DNA of 63,803 nt, filler included, from Octopus bimaculoides (lineage: Eukaryota), in NCBI RefSeq assembly GCF_001194135.2. It is 5 parts of 5 records of this genome, joined end to end, with 100 filler letters (N's around TTAATTAATTAA, not from the genome) between each part and the next. Parts side by side here need not be neighbours in the genome. Positions count along the whole stretch, not along the records: positions 62,049 to 63,803 come from NW_026313903.1; 4 more parts are not named here. One strand, given 5' to 3'. The notes beneath the pieces were generated by a model. It searched no databases. It saw only the letters and a program-made list of their open reading frames with translations, and was not told the DNA's origin. The translations under genes and the position numbers were made by a program. Within the stretch, counting starts at the first letter, position 1. Each line of letters begins with the position of its first letter. Below, piece after piece: positions 62,049 to 63,803 of this stretch.

Positions 62049-63803
62049 GCAATACCTCTGTAGTTACCACACATTGTTCTGGCTCCTTTTCCTTTATACA
62101 GAGGAAGAATAATTGCATTCTTCCAGTCCTTAGCGATTGCACCATCCCTCCAGACTGCACTAATAAGTTCATGAAGGGACTGTGTGGTGTAATTACCACC
62201 AAATCGCAAGACCTCAGCACAAATTCCATCCTTTCCAAGTGCCTTACAAAGATTCAATTTACTTATTGATGTCATTACTTCATCTATTGAGGGCGAAGAG
62301 TCTAAGGAGCCAATGATAGGTCTTTGTTGCATAGTATCAATGACTGTTTCATCCACAACTAGGAGTTCAGAGAAGTGTTCGATCCAGCGACCTATGATTT
62401 CTGTTCATTTAGTAAACAGAGTGGAAGACTCCTTGGAAAGCAAAAGAGCTGATGTGGAGCTCTTAGGTCCATAAGCTCGCTTCATAAGATGGTAAAGCTT
62501 CTTGCTGTCATTTGCATCAGCAGCAGCCTGAACATCACGAGCAAAATCCTCCCACCAAGTGTTCTGCATCTTCCTGAGAGATTGCTGCAGTAGTGATTTT
62601 ACACTCTTATAGTGGGCAAGTACTAGACTTCGCTGCACAGTAGACAGTTCTCTGTGTAGCAATACACTGTAAGTATGGTGCTTTACCACCAATAGTCGCT
62701 GAATTTCAGCATCATTCCCGTCAAAACAGTCTCTGTGTCTGGCAGTAACATATCCCAGGGTTTCGGCTGCACATTGTAGAACCTGGTCTGGAAAAGCTCC
62801 CATGCGGCAGCAGTTTCAATGCTGGACAAGTGAGTCTGAAATTCTTTCCTAACCACAACATCATATACCTTGTGGACATTTAGACGGCGAGGAATGCTGA
62901 CTGGTCCTCTTCTCTCTTTCACTCTAATCACCATTCGGAACTTTGCTCGCACCAGACTGTGGTCTGTCCAGCATTCCGATGCATGGAAGGACTTGACATT
63001 ACAAATGTTATAAATGTCGCTCTTGCGGATGATGACATAATCCAGCAAGTGCCAAACTTTGGACCTTGGATGCATCCATGCTGTTGTGTGATCACCTTTG
63101 TGCCTAAAATGAGTGCTTGCGATGTAAAGTCCATGTTCTTCGCAAAGCTCCAGTAGCATGAGACCATTGCTATTCATTTTCCCTACTCCACAACGTCCTA
63201 GAGAGTTCCATGTTTGCCAGTCTGTTCCAACTCTTGCATTAAAATGCCCCAGTAGAATGACTTTATCATAATTGGGGATTTTTCTAAGTATGGCTCTCAG
63301 CTGGGTATAAAAGATTGTTTTATCTTCATCACAGCTAATCAAAGTAGGTGCATAGGCACTTATCAGAGTAGCAAACCGCTTACCTTTCAAGTGCAACCGT
63401 AGCGTCATTATACATTCATTTATAGGAACAGGGAGCTCTTCCAACTTCTTAAGGATATCAGATCGGACTGCAAAACGAACACCAGCCTCTCTGCACTCCT
63501 CCTGCCTTCCTTTCCAAAAAAAGGTGTATCCACCTCCTACTTCCTCAAGCTGACCGTCACCTTCTATACGAGTCTCTGAGAGTGCAGCTATATCAATTTT
63601 ATAACGGTTCAGCTCACGAGCAACAAGTGCAATGCGTCTTTCAGGCCTACAATCACTCTTGTTGTCCAACAGAGTGCGCACATTCCAACATGAAATGTTT
63701 AAGTTCCGTCCAGATTTTATAAATAAAAGACTCATTGTTTTTCGAGCGCAGGGTGGACATCCATCAGTCGCGCTAAACTGACCAGATATGGAAAGACAGG
63801 CAA
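62049..63803 (-). mobile_element. RTE-clade (BovB/RTE-1-like) LINE 5' half, disrupted
   Basis: APE ORF 62683-63735, linker 62405-62803 and RT start 62049-62356 (KALGKDGICAEVL...WKNAIILPLYKGKGARTMCGNYRGI), with frameshifts between them. Runs into a gap. Confidence 0.95.
62683..63735 (-). pseudogene. RTE LINE apurinic-like endonuclease ORF (350 aa)
   Basis: CWNVRTL, RPERRIALVARELNRYKIDIAALSETR, SAYAPT, LLGHFNAR (the usual GDFNA Asp is replaced by His), WMHPRSKVWHLLDY, TDHSLV. Confidence 0.93.

Overview
This is repeat-dense, gappy, eukaryotic non-coding DNA. It is AT-rich, with (AT)n/(GT)n/(AGAT)n/(GAT)n tracts, many N gaps, and TTAATTAATTAA spacers between N runs. The SINE and MITE families look like ones I recall from Octopus genomes, so a coleoid cephalopod source is an inference, not a search result. 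I could not identify any host protein-coding gene, tRNA, rRNA or CRISPR array, and most ORF-track entries are microsatellite or gap artefacts. The recognisable coding remnants are all transposon-derived: an RTE LINE (APE ORF plus RT start, 62.0-63.8 kb, with further RTE pieces at 47.8 and 61.4 kb); two CR1/L2-type APE remnants; a Jockey/I-type YADD fragment; a Penelope GIY-YIG remnant; two Gypsy integrase remnants with a matching LTR pair (one a solo LTR with TSD); two mariner derivatives; a Helitron Rep fragment; and a possible CRE-like fragment. The most notable observation is three distinct type I hammerhead ribozyme folds with the complete catalytic core (13042-13084 +, 43922-44002 -, 45227-45314 +). 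Each sits in a short non-coding unit. Two are bracketed by (AT)n tracts and one lies in the loop of a 107-bp inverted repeat, which suggests a diverse Penelope-dependent, retrozyme-like population of small self-cleaving elements. Other signals: CpG-depleted versus CpG-rich domains readable from SINE decay, inverted SINE pairs, foldback elements, perfect palindromes, and a minisatellite derived from a dispersed repeat. All alignments and counts were done by eye and are approximate.
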